Shown here piece by piece: positions 1-16,002 of a DNA stretch of 64,000 nt; position 1 is the stretch's first letter, and each line of letters starts with the position of its first letter. The stretch is from the human T2T-CHM13v2.0 reference genome, Homo sapiens, in NCBI RefSeq assembly GCF_009914755.1, contig NC_060933.1; one strand, written 5' to 3'. The position numbers were made by a program, and so were the translations under genes. Below the pieces are notes generated by a model. That model ran no database searches, had not been told where the DNA came from, and worked only from the letters and a program-made list of their open reading frames with translations.

Positions 1-3000
1 TTCCATTCCATTCCATTCTATTCGGGTTAATTCCATTCCATTCCATTCGATTGTAATCGTGTTGATTCCATTCCATTCCATTCCATTCCATTCCTTTCCA
101 TTCCATTACGGATGATTCCATTCCATTGCATTCCATTCCATTCCATTCCCCTGTACTCGGGTTGATTCCATTCCATTGCATTCCAATCCATGCCCTTCCA
201 CTCGTGTTGATTCCATTCTTTCCATTCCATTCAAGTTGAATCCATTCCATTGCATTCCATTCAATTTGATTCCATTCGATTGCACTCGGGTTGATTCCAT
301 TCCATTGCATTCCATTCCATTCCATTCCATTCCTTTCTATTCCATTCCATTACATTCGGATTGATTCTATTCAACTCCCTTACTCTCCATTACATTCCAT
401 TCCATTCGGGTTGTTCCATTCCATTCCATTCCATTCCACTCCATTCCATTGCACTCGGGTTGATTCCATTCCTTTCCATTCCATTCCATTCCATTACGGA
501 TGATTTCATTCCATTTCATTCCGTTCCATTACATTCCCCTGCACTCGCGTTGATTCCATTCCATTCCATTCCATTCAATTCCATTCCATTACAATTCGTT
601 CCATTCTATTCTATTCCGTACCATTCCATTCCATTCCATGCCATTCCATTCCATTCCATTCCATTCCATTCCGTTCCATTCCGTTCCATTCCATTCAATT
701 CCATTCTATTCGGATTAATTCCATTCCACTCCATTCCATTCCATTCCATTCTATTCCATTGCATTGCAATCGAGTTGAATCCATTGCATTTCATTCCATT
801 CCATTCCATTCCATTCCATTCCATTCCGGAAGTTTCCATTCCATTGCATTCCATTCCATTCCATTCCCCTGCACTCGCGTTGATTCCATTCCATTCCATT
901 CCATTCCATTCCGTTCCGTTCCATTCCATTCCATTCCATTCCGTTCCGTTCCATTCCATTCCATTCCATTCTATTCGGGTTAATTCCATTCCATTCCATT
1001 CGATTGCAATCGAGTTGATTCCATTCCATTCCATTCCATTCCATTTCATTCCATTCCATTCCATTCCTTTCCATTCCATTACGGATGATTCCATTCCATT
1101 GCATTCCATTCCAGTCCATTCCCCTGTACTCGGGTTGATTCCATTCCATTCCATTCCAATCCATGCCATTCCACTCGTGTTGATTCCATTCTTTCCATTC
1201 CATTCAAGTTGAATCCATTCCATTGCATTCCATTCAATTTGATTCCATTCGATTGCACTCGGGTTGATTCCATTCCATTGCATCCCATTCCATTCCATTC
1301 CATTCCATTCCATTCCATTCCGTTCCATTCCTTTCCATTACATTCGGATTGATTCTATTCAATTCCCTTACACTGCATTACATTCCATTCCATTCGGGTA
1401 GTTTCCATTCCATTCCATTCCATTCCTCTCCATTCCATTGCACTCGGGGTGATTCCATTCCATTGCATTCTATTCCATTCATTCAATTCCATTCCGTTCC
1501 ATTCAATTCCATTACATTCGGATTGATTCTATTCAACTCCCTTACTCTCCATTCCATTCCATTCCATTCCACTCCATTCCATTGCACTCGGGTTGATTCC
1601 ATTCCATTCCATTCCATTCCATTCCATTACAATCGAGTTGATTCCATTCCATTCCAGTCCTTTCCATTCCATTCCAATCGGGTTGATTCCATTCTATAAG
1701 TTTCCATTCCATTCCATTCCCTTCCATTCCACTCTGGTTGATTCCATTCCTTTCCATTCCACTCGAATACATTCCCTCCTATTCCACTCGGAACGATTCC
1801 ATTCCATTCCATTCCATTCCATTCCATTCCATTCCATTTCGTTCCATTCCATTCTATTCCGTATCATTCCATTCCATTCCATTCCATTCCATTCCATTCC
1901 ATTCCATTCCATTCCATTCCATTGCACTCGGGTTGATTCCATTCCATTGCATTCCATTCCATTCCATTCCATTCCATTCCATTCCATTCCATTCCATTCC
2001 GTTCCATTCCATTACATTCGGATTGATTCTTTTCAACTCCCTTACTCTCCATTACATTCCATTCCATTCGGATTGTTCCATTCCATTCCATTCCATTCCA
2101 CTCCATTCCATTGCACTCGGGTTGATTCCATTCCATTCCATTGCATTCCATTCCGGATGATTCCATTCCATTGCATTCCGTTCCATTACATTCCCCTGCA
2201 CTCGGGTTGATTCCATTCCATTCCATTCCATTCCATTCGATTCCATTCCATTCCCCAGCACTCGCGTTGATTCCATTCCATTCCATTCCATTCCATTCCA
2301 TTCCATTCCATTCCAGTCCTTTCCATTCAATTCCACTCGGGTTGATTCCATTCTATTAGTTTCCATTCCATTCCATTCCCTTCCATTCCACTCTGGTTGA
2401 TTCCATTCCTTTCCATTCCACTCGAATACATTCCCTCCTATTCCACTCGGAACGATTCCATTCCATTCCATTCCATTCCATTCCATTCCATTCCATTCCA
2501 TTCCATTCCATTTCGTTCCATTCCATTCTATTCCGTATCATTCCATTCCATTCCATTCCATTCCACTCGTGTTGATTTCATTCCTTTCCATTCCATTCGG
2601 TTTGAAGGCATCCAATTCCATTCCATTCCATTCCATTCCATTCCATTCCATTCCAGTCCATTCCATTCCATTGTACTCGGGTTGATTCCATTCCATTGCA
2701 TTCCATTCCATTCCATTCCATTCCATTCCATTCCGTTGCATTCCATTCCATTACATTCGGATTGATTCTATTCAACTCCCTTACTCTCCATTACATTCCA
2801 TTCCATTCGGGTTGTTCCATTCCATTCCATTCCATTCCATTCCATTCCACTCCATTCCATTGCACTCGGATTGATTCCATTCCATTCCATTCCATTCCAT
2901 TCCATTCCGGATGATTCCATTCCATTGCATTCCGTTCCATTACATTCCCCTGCACTCGGGTTGATTCCATTCCATTCCATTCGATTCCATTCCATTCCAA

Positions 3001-6000
3001 TTCTTTCCATTCCATTCTATTCCGTACCATTCCATTCCATTCCATACAATTCCATTCCATTCCATTCCACTCCGTTGGGTTCCGTTCCGTTCCATTCCGA
3101 TCCATTCCATTCCATTCCATTCTATTCGGTTTAATTCCATTCCATTCCATTCCATTCCATTCCATTCTATTCCATTCCATTGCAATCGAGTTGAATCCAT
3201 TGCATTCCATTCCATTCCATTCCATTCCATTCCGGAAGATTCCATTCCATTGCATTCCATTCCATTCCATTCCCCTGCACTCACGTTGATTCCACTCCAT
3301 TCCATTCCATTGTACTCGGGTTGATTCCATTCCATTGCATTCCATTCCATTCCATTCCATTCCATTCCATTCTATTCCATTCCGTTGCATTCCTTTCCAT
3401 TACATTCGGATTGATTCTATTCAACTCTCTTACTCTCCATTACATTAGATTCCATTCGGGTTGTTCCATTCCATTCCATTCCATTCCACTCCATTCCATT
3501 GCACTCGGGTTGATTCCATTCCATTCCATTCCATTCCATTCCATTCCGGAAGATTCCATTCCATTGCATTCCATTCCATTCCATTCCCCTGCACTCGCGT
3601 TGATTCCATTCCATTCCATTCCATTCCATTCCATTCCATTCCATTCCATTCCTTTCCGTTCCATTCCATTCCATTCCATTCTATTCGGGTTAATTCCATT
3701 CCATTCCATTCGATTGCAATCGAGTTGATTCCATTCCATTCCATTCCATTCCATTCCATTCCATTCCATTCCATTCCTTTCCGTTCCGTTCCATTCCATT
3801 CCATTCCATTCTATTCGGGTTAATTCCATTCCATTCCATTCCATTGCAATCGAGTTGATTTCATTCCATTCTATTCCATTCCATTCCATTCCTTTCCATT
3901 CCATTACGGATGATTCCATTCCATTGCATTCCATTCCATTCCATTCCCCTGTACTCGGGTTGATTCCATTCCATTCCATTCCAATCCATGCCATTCCACT
4001 CGTGTTGATTCCATTCTTTCCATTCCATTCAAGTTGAATCCATTCCATTGCATTCCATTCCATTCCATTACCCTGCAGTCGGGTTGATTCCATTCCATTC
4101 CATTCCATTCCATTCCATTCCGTTCCGTTCCATTCCATTCCATTCCATTCTATTCGGGTTAATTCCATTCCATTCCATTCCATTCCATTCCAATCGAGTT
4201 GATTCCATTCCATTCCATTCCATTCCACTCCATTCCAGTCCTTTCCATTCCATTCCACTCGCGTTGATTCCAATGTATTCCTTTCCATTCCATTCCATTC
4301 CATTGCAATCGAGTTGATTCCATTGCTTTGCATTCCATTCCATTCCATTCCATTCCATTCCGGATGATTCCATTCCATTGCATTCCATTCCATTCCATTC
4401 CCCTGCACTCGGGTTGATTCCATTCCATTCCACTCCATTCCGTTCCATTCCATTCCATTTCATTGTATTCGGGTTAATTCCATTCCATTCCATTCCATTC
4501 CATTCCATTACAATCGAGTTGATTCCATTCCATTCCATTCCATTCCAGTCCTTTCCATTCCATTCCACTCGGGTTGATTACATTCTATTAGTTTCCATTC
4601 CATTCCATTCCCTTCCATTCTACTCTGGTTGATACCATTCCTTTCCATTCCACTCGAACACATTCCCTCCTATTCCACTCGGAACGATTCCATTCCATTC
4701 CATTCCATTCCATTCCATTCCATTCCATTGTACTCGGGTTGATTCAATTCCATTGCATTCCATTCCATTCCATTCTATTCCATTCTGTTGCATTCCATTC
4801 CATTACATTCGGATTGATTCTATTCAACTCCCTTACTCTCCATTACATTCCACTCCATTCGGGTTGTTCCATTCCATTCCATTCCATTCCACTCCATTCC
4901 ATTGCACTCGGGTTGATTCCGTTCTATTCCATTCCATTCCATTCCATTCCGGATGATTCCATTCCATTGCATTCCGTTCCATTACATTCCCCTGCACTCG
5001 CGTTGATTCCATTCCATTCCATTCCTTTCCATTCAATTCCATTCCATTACAATTCGTTCCATTCCATTCTATTCCGTACCATTCCATTCCATTCCATACC
5101 ATTCCATTCCATTCCATTCCATTACATTCCATTCCATTCCGTTCCATTCCGTTCCATTCCATTCAATTCCATTCTATTCGGGTTAATCCCATTCCATTCC
5201 ATTCCATTCCATTCTATTCCATTCCATTGCAACCGAGTTGAATCCATTGCATTTCATTCCATTCCATTCCATTCCATTCCGGAAGATTCCATTCCATTGC
5301 ATTCCATTCCATGCCATTCCCCTGCACTCGTGTTGATTCCATTCCATTCCATTCCATTCCATTCCATTCCATTCCATTCCATTCCGTTCCGTTCCGTTCC
5401 ATTCCATTCCATTCCATTCCATTCCATTCCATTCCATTCCGTTCCGTTCCATTCCATTCCATTCCATTCTATTCGGGTTAATTCCACTCCATTCCATTCG
5501 ATTGCAATCGTGTTGATTCCATTCCATTCCATTCCATTCCATTCCATTCCATTCCATTCCTTTCCATTCCATTACGGATGATTCCATTCCATTGCATTCC
5601 ATTCCATTCCATTCCCCTGTACTCGGGTTGATTCCATTCCTTTGCATTCCAATCCATGCCCTTCCACTCGTGTTGATTCCATTCTTTCCATTCCATTCAA
5701 GTTGAATCTATTCCATTGCATTCCATTCCATTCGATTCCATTTCATTGCACTCGGGTTGATTCCATTCCATTGCATTCCATTCCATTCCATTCCATTCCA
5801 TTCCATTTCGTTCCATTCCATTCCATTACATTCGGATTGATTCTATTCAATTCCCTTACACTCCATTACATTCCTTTCCATTCGGGTAGTTTCCATTCCA
5901 TTCCATTCCATTCCTCTTCATTCCATTGCACTCGGGTTGATTCCATGCCATTGCATTCCATTCCATTCCATTCCATTCCATTCCATTCCATTCCGTTCCA

Positions 6001-9000
6001 TTCCATTCCATTACATTCGGAGTGACTCTATTCAACTCCCTTACTCTCCATTACATTCCATTGCATTCGGCTTGTTCCATTCCATTCCATTCCATTCCAC
6101 TCCATTCCATTGCACTCAGGTTTATTCCATTCCATTCCATTCCATTCCATTCCATTCCGGAAGATTCCATTCCATTGCATTCCATTCCATTCCATTCCCC
6201 TGCACTCGCGTTGATTCCATTCCATTCCATTCCATTCCATTCCATTCCATTCCATTCCATTCCTTTCCGTTCCATTCCATTCCATTCCATTCCATTCCAT
6301 TCCGTTCCGTTCCATTCCATTCCATTCCATTCTATTCGGGTTAATTCCATTCCATTCCATTCGATTGCAATTGAGTTGATTCCATTCCATTCCATTCCAT
6401 TCCATTCCATTCCATTCCATTCCTTTCCATTCCATTACGGATGATTCCATTCCATTGCATTCCATTCCATTCCATTCCCCTGTACTCGGGTTGATTCCAT
6501 TCCATTCCATTCCAATCCATGCCATTCCACTCGTGTTGATTCCATTCTTTCCATTCCATTCAAGTTGAATCCATTCTATTGCATTCCCTTCCATTCCATT
6601 CCCCTGCAGTCGGGTTGATTCCATTCCATTCCATTCCATTCCATTCCAATCCATTCCGTTCCGTTCCGTTCCATTCCATTCCATTCCATTCTATTCGGGT
6701 TAATTCCATTCCATTCCATTCCATTCCATTCCATTCCATTCCATTCCATTCCAATCGAGTTGATTCCATTCCATTCCATTCCATTCCATTCCACTCCATT
6801 CCAGTCCTTTCCATTCCATTCCACTCGGGTTGATTCCAATGTATTCCTTTCCATTCCATTCCATTCCATTGCAATCGAGTTGATTCCATTGCTTTGCATT
6901 CCATTCCATTCCATTCCATTCCGGATGATTCCATTCCATTGCATTCTATTCCATTCCATTCCCCTGTACTCAGGTTGATTCCATTCCATTCCACTCCATT
7001 CCGTTCCATTGCATTCCATTCCATTGTATTCGGGTTAATTCCATTCCATTCCATTCCATTCCATTCCATTCCATTACAATCGAGTTGATTCCATTCCATT
7101 CCATTCCATTCCATTCCAGTCCTTTCCATTCCATTCCACTCGGGTTGATTCCATTCTATTAGTTTCCATTCCATTCCATTCCCTTCCATTCCACTCTGGT
7201 TGATTCCATTCCTTTCCATTCCACTCGAATACATTCCCTCCTATTCCACTCGGAACGATTCCATTCCATTCCATTCCATTCCATTCCATTCCATTCCATT
7301 CCATTTCGTTCCATTCCATTCTATTCCGTATCATTCCATTCCATTCCGTTCCATTCCATTCCATTCCATTCCACTCGTGTTGATTCCATTCCTTTCCATT
7401 CCATTCGGTTTGAAGGCATTCCATTCCATTCCATTCCATTCCATTCCATTCCATTCCATTCCATTGTACTCGGGTTGATTCCATTCCATTGCATTCCATT
7501 CCATTCCATTCCATTCCATTCCGTTGCATTCCATTCCATTACATTCGGATTGATTCTATTCAAATCCCTTACTCTCCATTACATTCCATTCCATACGGGT
7601 TGTTCCATTCCATTCCATTCCATTCCACTCCATTCCATTGCACTAGGGTTGATTCCATTCCATTCCATTCCATTCCATTCCGGATGATTCCATTCCATTG
7701 CATTCCGTTCCATTACATTCCCCTGCACTCGCGTTCATTCCATTCCATTCCATTCCATTCAATTCCATTGCATTACAATTCGTTGCATTCCATTCTATTC
7801 CGTACCATTCCATTCCATTCCATACCATTCCATTCCATTCCATTCCATTCCATTCCATTCCATTCCATTGCATTCCATTCCATTCCATTCCATTCCATTC
7901 CATTCCATTCCATTCCGTTCCGTTCCATTCCATTCCATTCCATTCTATTCGGGTTAATTCCATTCCATTCCATTCGATTGCAATCGAGTTGATTCCATTC
8001 CATTCCATTCCATTCCATTCCATTCCTTTCCATTCCATTACGGATGATTCCATTCCATTGCATTCCATTCCATTCCATTCCCCTGTACTCGGGTTGATTC
8101 CATTCCATTCCATTCCAATCCATGCCATTCCACTCGTGTTGATTCCATTCTTTCCATTCCATTCAAGTTTAATCCATTCCATTGCATTCCATTCAATTTG
8201 ATTCCATTCGATTGCACTCGGGTTGATTCCATTCCATTGCATTCCATTCCATTCAATTCCATTCCATTCCATTCCATTCCATTCCATTACATTCCATTCC
8301 ATTACATTCGGATTGATTCTATTCAATTCCCTTACACTGCATTACATTCCATTCCATTCGGGTAGTTTCCATTCCATTCCATTCCATTCCTCTCCATTCC
8401 ATTGCACTCGGGTTGATTCCATTCCATTGCATTCCATTCCATTCCATTCAATTCCATTCCGTTCCATTCAATTCCATTACATTCGGATTGATTCTATTCA
8501 ACTCCCTTACTCTCCATTCCATTCCATTCCATTCAGGTTGTTCCATTCCATTCCATTCCATTCCACTCCATTCCATTGCACTCGGGTTGATTCCATTCCA
8601 TTCCATTCCATTCCATTCCATTCCATTCCATTCCATTACAATCGAGTTGATTCCATTCCATTCCATTACATTCCAGTCCTTTCCATTCCATTCCACTCGG
8701 GTTGATTCCATTCTATTAGTTTCCATTCCATTCCATTGCCTTCCATTCCACTCTGGTTGATTCCATTCCTTTCCATTCCACCCGAATACATTCCCTCCTA
8801 TTCCACTCGGAACTATTCCATTCCATTCCATTCCATTCCATTCCATTCCATTCCATTCCATTGTACTCGGGTTGATTCCATTCCATTGCATTCCATTCCA
8901 TTCCATTCCATTCCATTCCATTCCATTCCATTCCGTTCCATTCCATTACATTCGGATTGATTCTTTTCAACTCCCTTACTCTCCATTACATTCCATTCCA

Positions 9001-9299
9001 TTCGGGTTGTTCCATTCCATTCCATTCCATTCCACTCCATTCCATTGCACTCGGGTTGATTCCATTCCATTCCATTGCATTCCATTCCATTCCATTCCAT
9101 TCCGGAAGATTCCATTCCATTGCATTCCATTCCATTCCATTCCCCTGCACTCGCGTTGATTCCATTCCATTCCATTCTATTCCATTCCATTCCCTTCCTT
9201 TCCGTTCCATTCCATTCCATTCCATTCCGTTCCGTTCCATTCCATTCCATTCCATTCTATTCGGGTTAATTCCATTCCATTCCATTCGATTGCAATCGA

Positions 9300-12200
9300 G
9301 TTGATTCCATTCCATTCCATTCCATTCCATTCCATTCCATTCCGTTCCGTTCCGTTCCGTTCCGTTCCGTTCCATTCCATTCCATTCCATTCCGTTCCGT
9401 TCCGTTCCATTCCATTCCATTCCATTCCATTCTATTTGGGTTAATTCCATTCCATTCCATTCGATTGCAATCGTGTTGATTCCATTCCATTCCATTCCAT
9501 TCCATTGCATTCCATTCCATTCCTTTCCATTCCATTACGGATGATTCCATTCCATTGCATTGCATTCCATTCCATTCCCCTGTACTCGGGTTGATTCCAT
9601 TCCATTGCATTCCAATCCATGCCCTTCCACTCGTGTTGATTCCATTCTTTCCATTCCATTCAAGTTGAATCCATTCCATTGCATTCCATTCCATTCGATT
9701 CCATTCGGTTGCACTCGGGTTGATTCCATTCCATTGCATTCCATTCCATTCCATTCCATTCCATTCCATTCCATTCCATTCCATTCCGTTCCTTTCCATT
9801 CCATTACATTCGGATTGATTCTATTCAATTCCCTTACACTCCATTACATTCCATTCCATTCGGGTAGTTTCCATTCCATTCCTCTCCATTCCATTGCACT
9901 CGGGTTGATTCCATTCCATTGCATTCCATTCCATTCCATTCAATTCCATTCCATTCCATTCCATTCCATTCCATTACATTCGGATTGATTCTATTCAACT
10001 CCCTTAGTCTCCATTACTTTCCATTCCATTCGGGTTGTTCCATTCCATTCCATTCCATTCCACTCCATTCCATTACACTCGGGTTTATTCCATTCCATTC
10101 CATTCCATTCCATTCAATTCCATTCCATTCCGGAAGATTCCATTCCATTGCATTCCATTCCATTCCATTCCCCTGCACTCGCGTTGATTCCATTCCATTC
10201 CATTCCATTCCATTCCATTCCATTCCATTCCTTTCCGTTCCATTCCATTCCATTCCATTCCATTCCTTTCCATTCCAGTCTTTTCCATTCCATTCCACTC
10301 GGGTTGATTCCATTCTATTAGTTTCCATTCCATTCCATTCCCTTCCATTCCACTCTGGTTGATTCCATTCCTTTCCATTCCATTCGAATACATTCCCTCC
10401 TATTCCACTCGGAACGATTCCATTCCATTCCATTCCATTCCATTCCATTCCATTCCATTCCATTCCATTTCGTTCCATTCCATTCTATTCCGTATCGTTC
10501 CATTCCATTCCATTCCATTCCATTCCATTCCATTCCATTCCACTCGTGTTGATTCCATTCCTTTCCATTCCATTCGGTTTGAAGGCATTCCTTTCCATTC
10601 CATTCCATTCCATTCCATTCCATTGTACTCGGGTTGATTCCATTCCATTGCATTCCATTCCATTCCATTCCATTCCGTTGCATTCCATTCCATTACTTTC
10701 GGATTGATTCTATTCAACTCCCTTACTCTCCATTACATTCCATTCCATTTGGGTTGTTCCATTCCATTCCATTCCATTCCACTCCATTCCATTGCACTCG
10801 GGTTGATTCCATTCTATTCCATTCCATTCCATTCCATTCCGGATGATTCCATTCCATTGCATTCCGTTCCATTACATTCCCCTGCACTCGCGTTGATTCC
10901 ATTCCATTCCATTCCATTCCATTCCATTCAATTCCATTCCATTACAATTCGTTCCATTCCATTCTATTCCGTACCATTCCATTCCATTCCATACCATTCC
11001 ATTCCATTCCATTCCATTGCATTCCGTTCCTTTCCGTTCCATTCCATTCCATTCCATTCTATTCGGGTCCATTCCATTCCATTCCATTCCATTCCATTCC
11101 ATTCTATTCCAATCCATTGCAGTCGAGTTGAATCAATTGCATTTCATTCCATTCCATTCCATTCCATTCCATTCCGGAAGATTCCATTCCATTGCATTCC
11201 ATTCCATTCCATTCCCCTGCACTCGCGTTGATTCCATTCCATTCCATTCCATTCCATTCCATCCATTCCGTTCCGTTCCGTTCCATTCCATTCCATTCCA
11301 TTCCATTCCATTCCATTCCATTCCGTTCCGTTCCATTCCATTCCATTCCATTCTATTCGGGTTAATTCCATTCCATTCCATTCGATTGCAATCGAGTTGA
11401 TTCCATTCCATTCCATTCCATTCCATTCCATTCCTTTCCATTCCATTACGGATGATTCCATTCCATTGCATTTCATTCCATTCCATTCCCCTGTACTCGG
11501 GTTGATCCATTCCATTCCATTCCAATCCATGCCATTCCACTCGTGTTGATTCCATTCTTTCCATTCCATTCAAGTTGAATCCATTCCATTGCATTCCATT
11601 CCATTCCATTCACCTGCAGTCGGGTTGATTCAATTCCATTCCATTCCATTCCATTCCATTCCATTCCGTTCCGTTCCATTCCATTCCATTCCTCTCTATT
11701 CGGGTTAATTCCATTCCATTCCATTCGATTGCAATCGAGTTGATTCCATTCCATTGCATTCCATTCCATTCCATTCCTTTCCATTCCATTACGGATGATT
11801 CCTTTCCATTGCATTCCATTCCATTCCATTCCACTGTACTCGGCTTGATTGCATTCCATTCTATTCCAATCCATGCCATTCCACTCGTGTTGATTCCATT
11901 CTTTGCATTCCATTGAAGTTGAATCCATTCCATTGCATTCCATTCCATTCGATTCCATTCGATTGCACTCGGATTGATTCCATTCCATTTCATTCCATTC
12001 CATTCCATTCCATTCCATTCGGATTGATTCTATTCAATTCCCTTACACTCCAATATATTCCATTCCATTCCATTCGGGTAGTTTCCATTCCATTCCATTC
12101 CATTCCTCTCCATTCCATTGAACTCGGGTTGATTCCATTCCATTCCATTCCATTCCATTACATTCCATTCCATTCCATTCCGTTCCATTGTACTCGGGTT

Positions 12201-13525
12201 GATTCCATTCCATTGCATTCCATTCCATTCCATTCCATTCCATTCCATTCCATTCCATTCCGTTCCATTCCATTCCATTACATTCGGATTGATTCTTTTC
12301 AACTCCCTTACTCTCCATTACATTCCATTATATTCGTGTTGTTCCATTCCATTCCATTCCATTCCACTCCATTCCATTGCACTCGGGTTGATTCCATTCC
12401 ATTCCATTCCATTCCGGATGATTCCATTCCATTGCATTCCGTTCCATTACATTCCCCTGCACTCGGGTTGATTCCATTCCATTCCATTCCATTCCATTCG
12501 ATTCCATTCCATTCCCCTGCACTCGCGTTGATTCCATTCCATTCCATTCCATTCCATTCAATTCCATTCCATTCCTTTCCATTCCAGTCCTTTCCATTCC
12601 ATTCCACTCGGGTTGATTCCATTCTATTAGTTTCCATTCCATTCCATTCGCTTCCATTCCACTCTGGTTGATTCCATTCCTTTCCATTCCACTCGAATAC
12701 ATTCCCTCCTATTCCACTCGGAACGATTCCATTCCATTGCATAACATTCCATTCCATTCCATTTCGTCGCATTCCATTCTATTCCGTATCATTCCATTCC
12801 ATTCCATTCCATTCCATTCCATTCCATTCCATTCCACTCGTGTTGATTCCATTCCTTTCCATTCCATTCGGTTTAAAGGCATTCCATTCCATTCCATTCC
12901 ATTCCATTCCATTCCATTCCATTCCATTCCATTCCATTCCTTTCCATTGTACTCGGGTTGATTCAATTCCATTGCATTCCATTCCATTCCATTCCATTCC
13001 ATTCCGTTGCATTCCATTCCATTACATTCGGATTGATTCTATTCAACTCCCTTACTCTCCATTACATTACATTCCATTCGGGTTGTTCCATTCCATTCCA
13101 TTCCATTCCACTCCATTCTATTGCACTCGGGTTGATTCCATTCCATTCCATTCCATTCCATTCCATTCCATTCCGGATGATTCCATTCCATTGCATTCCG
13201 TTCCATTACATTCCCCTGCACTCGCGTTGATTCCATTCCATTCCATTCCATTCCATTCAATTCCATTCCATTACAATTCCTTCCATTCCATTCTATTCCG
13301 TACCATTCCATTCCATTCCATACCATTCCATTGCATTCCATTCCATTCCATTCCGTTCCATTTCGCTCCATTGCATTCCATTCCATTCTATTCGGGTTAA
13401 TTCCATTCCATTCCATTCCATTCTATTCCATTCCATTTCAATCGAGTTGAATCCATTGCATTTCATTCCATTCCATTCCATTCCATTCCATTCCGGAAGA
13501 TTCCATTCCATTGCATTCCATTCCA
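9300..13525 (+). repeat. Dispersed duplicate block (partner at ~59705-64000)
   Basis: Rare variants shared in the same order: cttagtctcc, cattactttcgg, attcgggtcc, gttgatccat, cacctgcagt, ccactgtactcggcttg, tttcgtcgc, ggtttaaaggc. The left boundary is approximate. Confidence 0.85.
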
Positions 13526-16002
13526 TTCCATTCCCCTGCACTCGGGTTGATTCCATTCCATTCCATTCCATTCCATTCCGTTCCGTTCCGTTCCGTTCCG
13601 TTCCATTCCATTCCATTCCATTCCGTTCCGTTCCATTCCATTCCATTCCATTCTATTCGGGTAAATTCCATTCCATTCCATTCGATTGCAATCGAGTTGA
13701 TTCCATTCCATTCCATTCCATTCCATTCCATTCCATTCCATTCCTTTCCATTCCATTACGGATGATTCCATTCCATTGCATTCCATTCCATTCCATTCCC
13801 CTGTACTCCGGTTGATTCCATTCCATTCCATTCCAATCCATGCCATTCCACTCGTGTTGATTCCATTCTTTCCATTCCATTCAAGTTGAATCCATTCCAT
13901 TGCATTCCATTCCATTCGATTCCATTCGATTGCACTCCGGTTGATTCCATTCCATTGCATTCCATTCCATTCCATTCCATTCCATTCCATTCCATTCCGT
14001 TCCATTCCATTCCATTACATTCGGATTGATTCTATTCAATTCCCTTACACTCCATTACATTCCATTCCATTAGGGTAGTTTCCATTCCATTCTATTCCTC
14101 TCCATTCCATTGCACTCGGGTTGATTCCATTCCATTGCATTCCATTCCATTCCATTCAATTCCATTCCGTTCCATTCCATTCCATTACATTCGGATTGAT
14201 TCTATTCAACTCCCTTACTCTCCATTAAATTCCATTCCATTCGGGTTGTTCCATTCCATTCCATTCCATTCCACTCCATTCCATTGCACTCGGGTTTATT
14301 CCATTCAATTCCCTTCCATTCCATTCCATTCCATTCCATTCCATTCCATTCCGGAAGATTCCATTCCATTGCATTCCATTCCATTCCATTCCCCTGCACT
14401 CGCGTTGATTCCATTCCATTCCATTCCATTCCATTCCATTCCATTCCGTTCCTTTCCATTCCATTCCATTCCTTTCCATTCCATTCCATTCCATTCCATT
14501 CCGTTCCGTTCCGTTCCATTCCATTCCATTCCATTCTATTCGGGTTAATTCCATTCCATTCCATTCGATTGCAATCGAGTTGATTCCACTCCATTCCATT
14601 CCATTCCATTCCATTCCATTCCATTCCTTTCCATTCCATTACGGATGATTCCACTCCTTTGCATTCCATTCCATTCCTTTCCCCTGTACTCGGGTTGATT
14701 CCATTCCATTCCATTCCAATCCATGCCATTCCACTCGTGTTGATTCCATTCTTTCCATTCCATTCAAGTTGAATCCATTCCATTGCTTTCCATTCCATTC
14801 CATTCCCCTGCAGTCGGGTTGATACCATTCCATTCCATTCCATTCCATTCCATTTCATTCCGTTCCGTTCCGTTCCGTTCCATTCCATTCCATTCCATTC
14901 CATTCGGGTTAATTCCATTCCATTCCATTCCATTCCATTCCATTCCATTCCAATCGAGTTGATTCCATTCCATTCCATTCCATTCCATTCCACTCCATTC
15001 CAGTCCTTTCCATTCCATTCCACTCGGGTTGATTCCAATGTATTCCTTTCCATTCCATTCCATTCCATTGCAATCGAGTTGATTCCATTGCTTTGCATTC
15101 CATTTCATTCCATTCCATTCCGGATGATTCCATTGCATTGCATTCCATTCCATTCCATTCCCCTGCACTCGGGTTGATTCCATTCCATTCCACTCCATTC
15201 CATTCCATTCCATTCCATTCCATTCCATTGTATTCGGGTTAATTCCATTCCATTCCATTCCATTCCATTCCATTCCATTACAATCGAGTTGATTCCATTC
15301 CATTCCATTCCATTCCATTCTAGTCCTTCCCATTCCATTTCACTCGGGTTGATTCCATTCTATTAGTTTCCATTCCATTCCATTCCCTTCCATTCCACTC
15401 TGCTGATTCCATTCCTTTCCATTCCTCTCGAATACATTCCCTCCTATTCCACTCGGAACGATTCCATTCCATTCCATTCCATTCCATTCCATTCCATTCG
15501 ATTCCATTTCGTTCCATTCCATTCTATTCCGTATCATTCCATTCCATTCCATTCCATTCCATTCCATTCCATTCCACTCGTGTTGATTGCATTCCTTTCC
15601 ATTCCATTCGGTTTGAAGACATTCCATTCCATTCCATTCCATTCCATTCCATTCCATTCCATTCCATTTTACTCGGGTTGATTCTATTCCATTGCATTCC
15701 ATTCCATTCCATTCCGGATGATTCCATTCCATTGCATTCCATTCCATTCCATTCCCCTGCACTCGGGTTGATTCCATTCCATTCCATTCCATTACATTCC
15801 GTTCCATTCCATTCCATTCCATTCGGATTGATTCTATTCAATTCCCTTACACTCCATTACATTCCATTCCATTCGGGTAGTTTCCATTCCATTCCATTCC
15901 ATTCCTCTCCATTCCATTGCACTCGGGTTGATTCCATTCCATTCCATTCCATTCCATTCCATTCCATTCCATTCCATTCCGTTCCATTGTACTCGGGTTG
16001 AT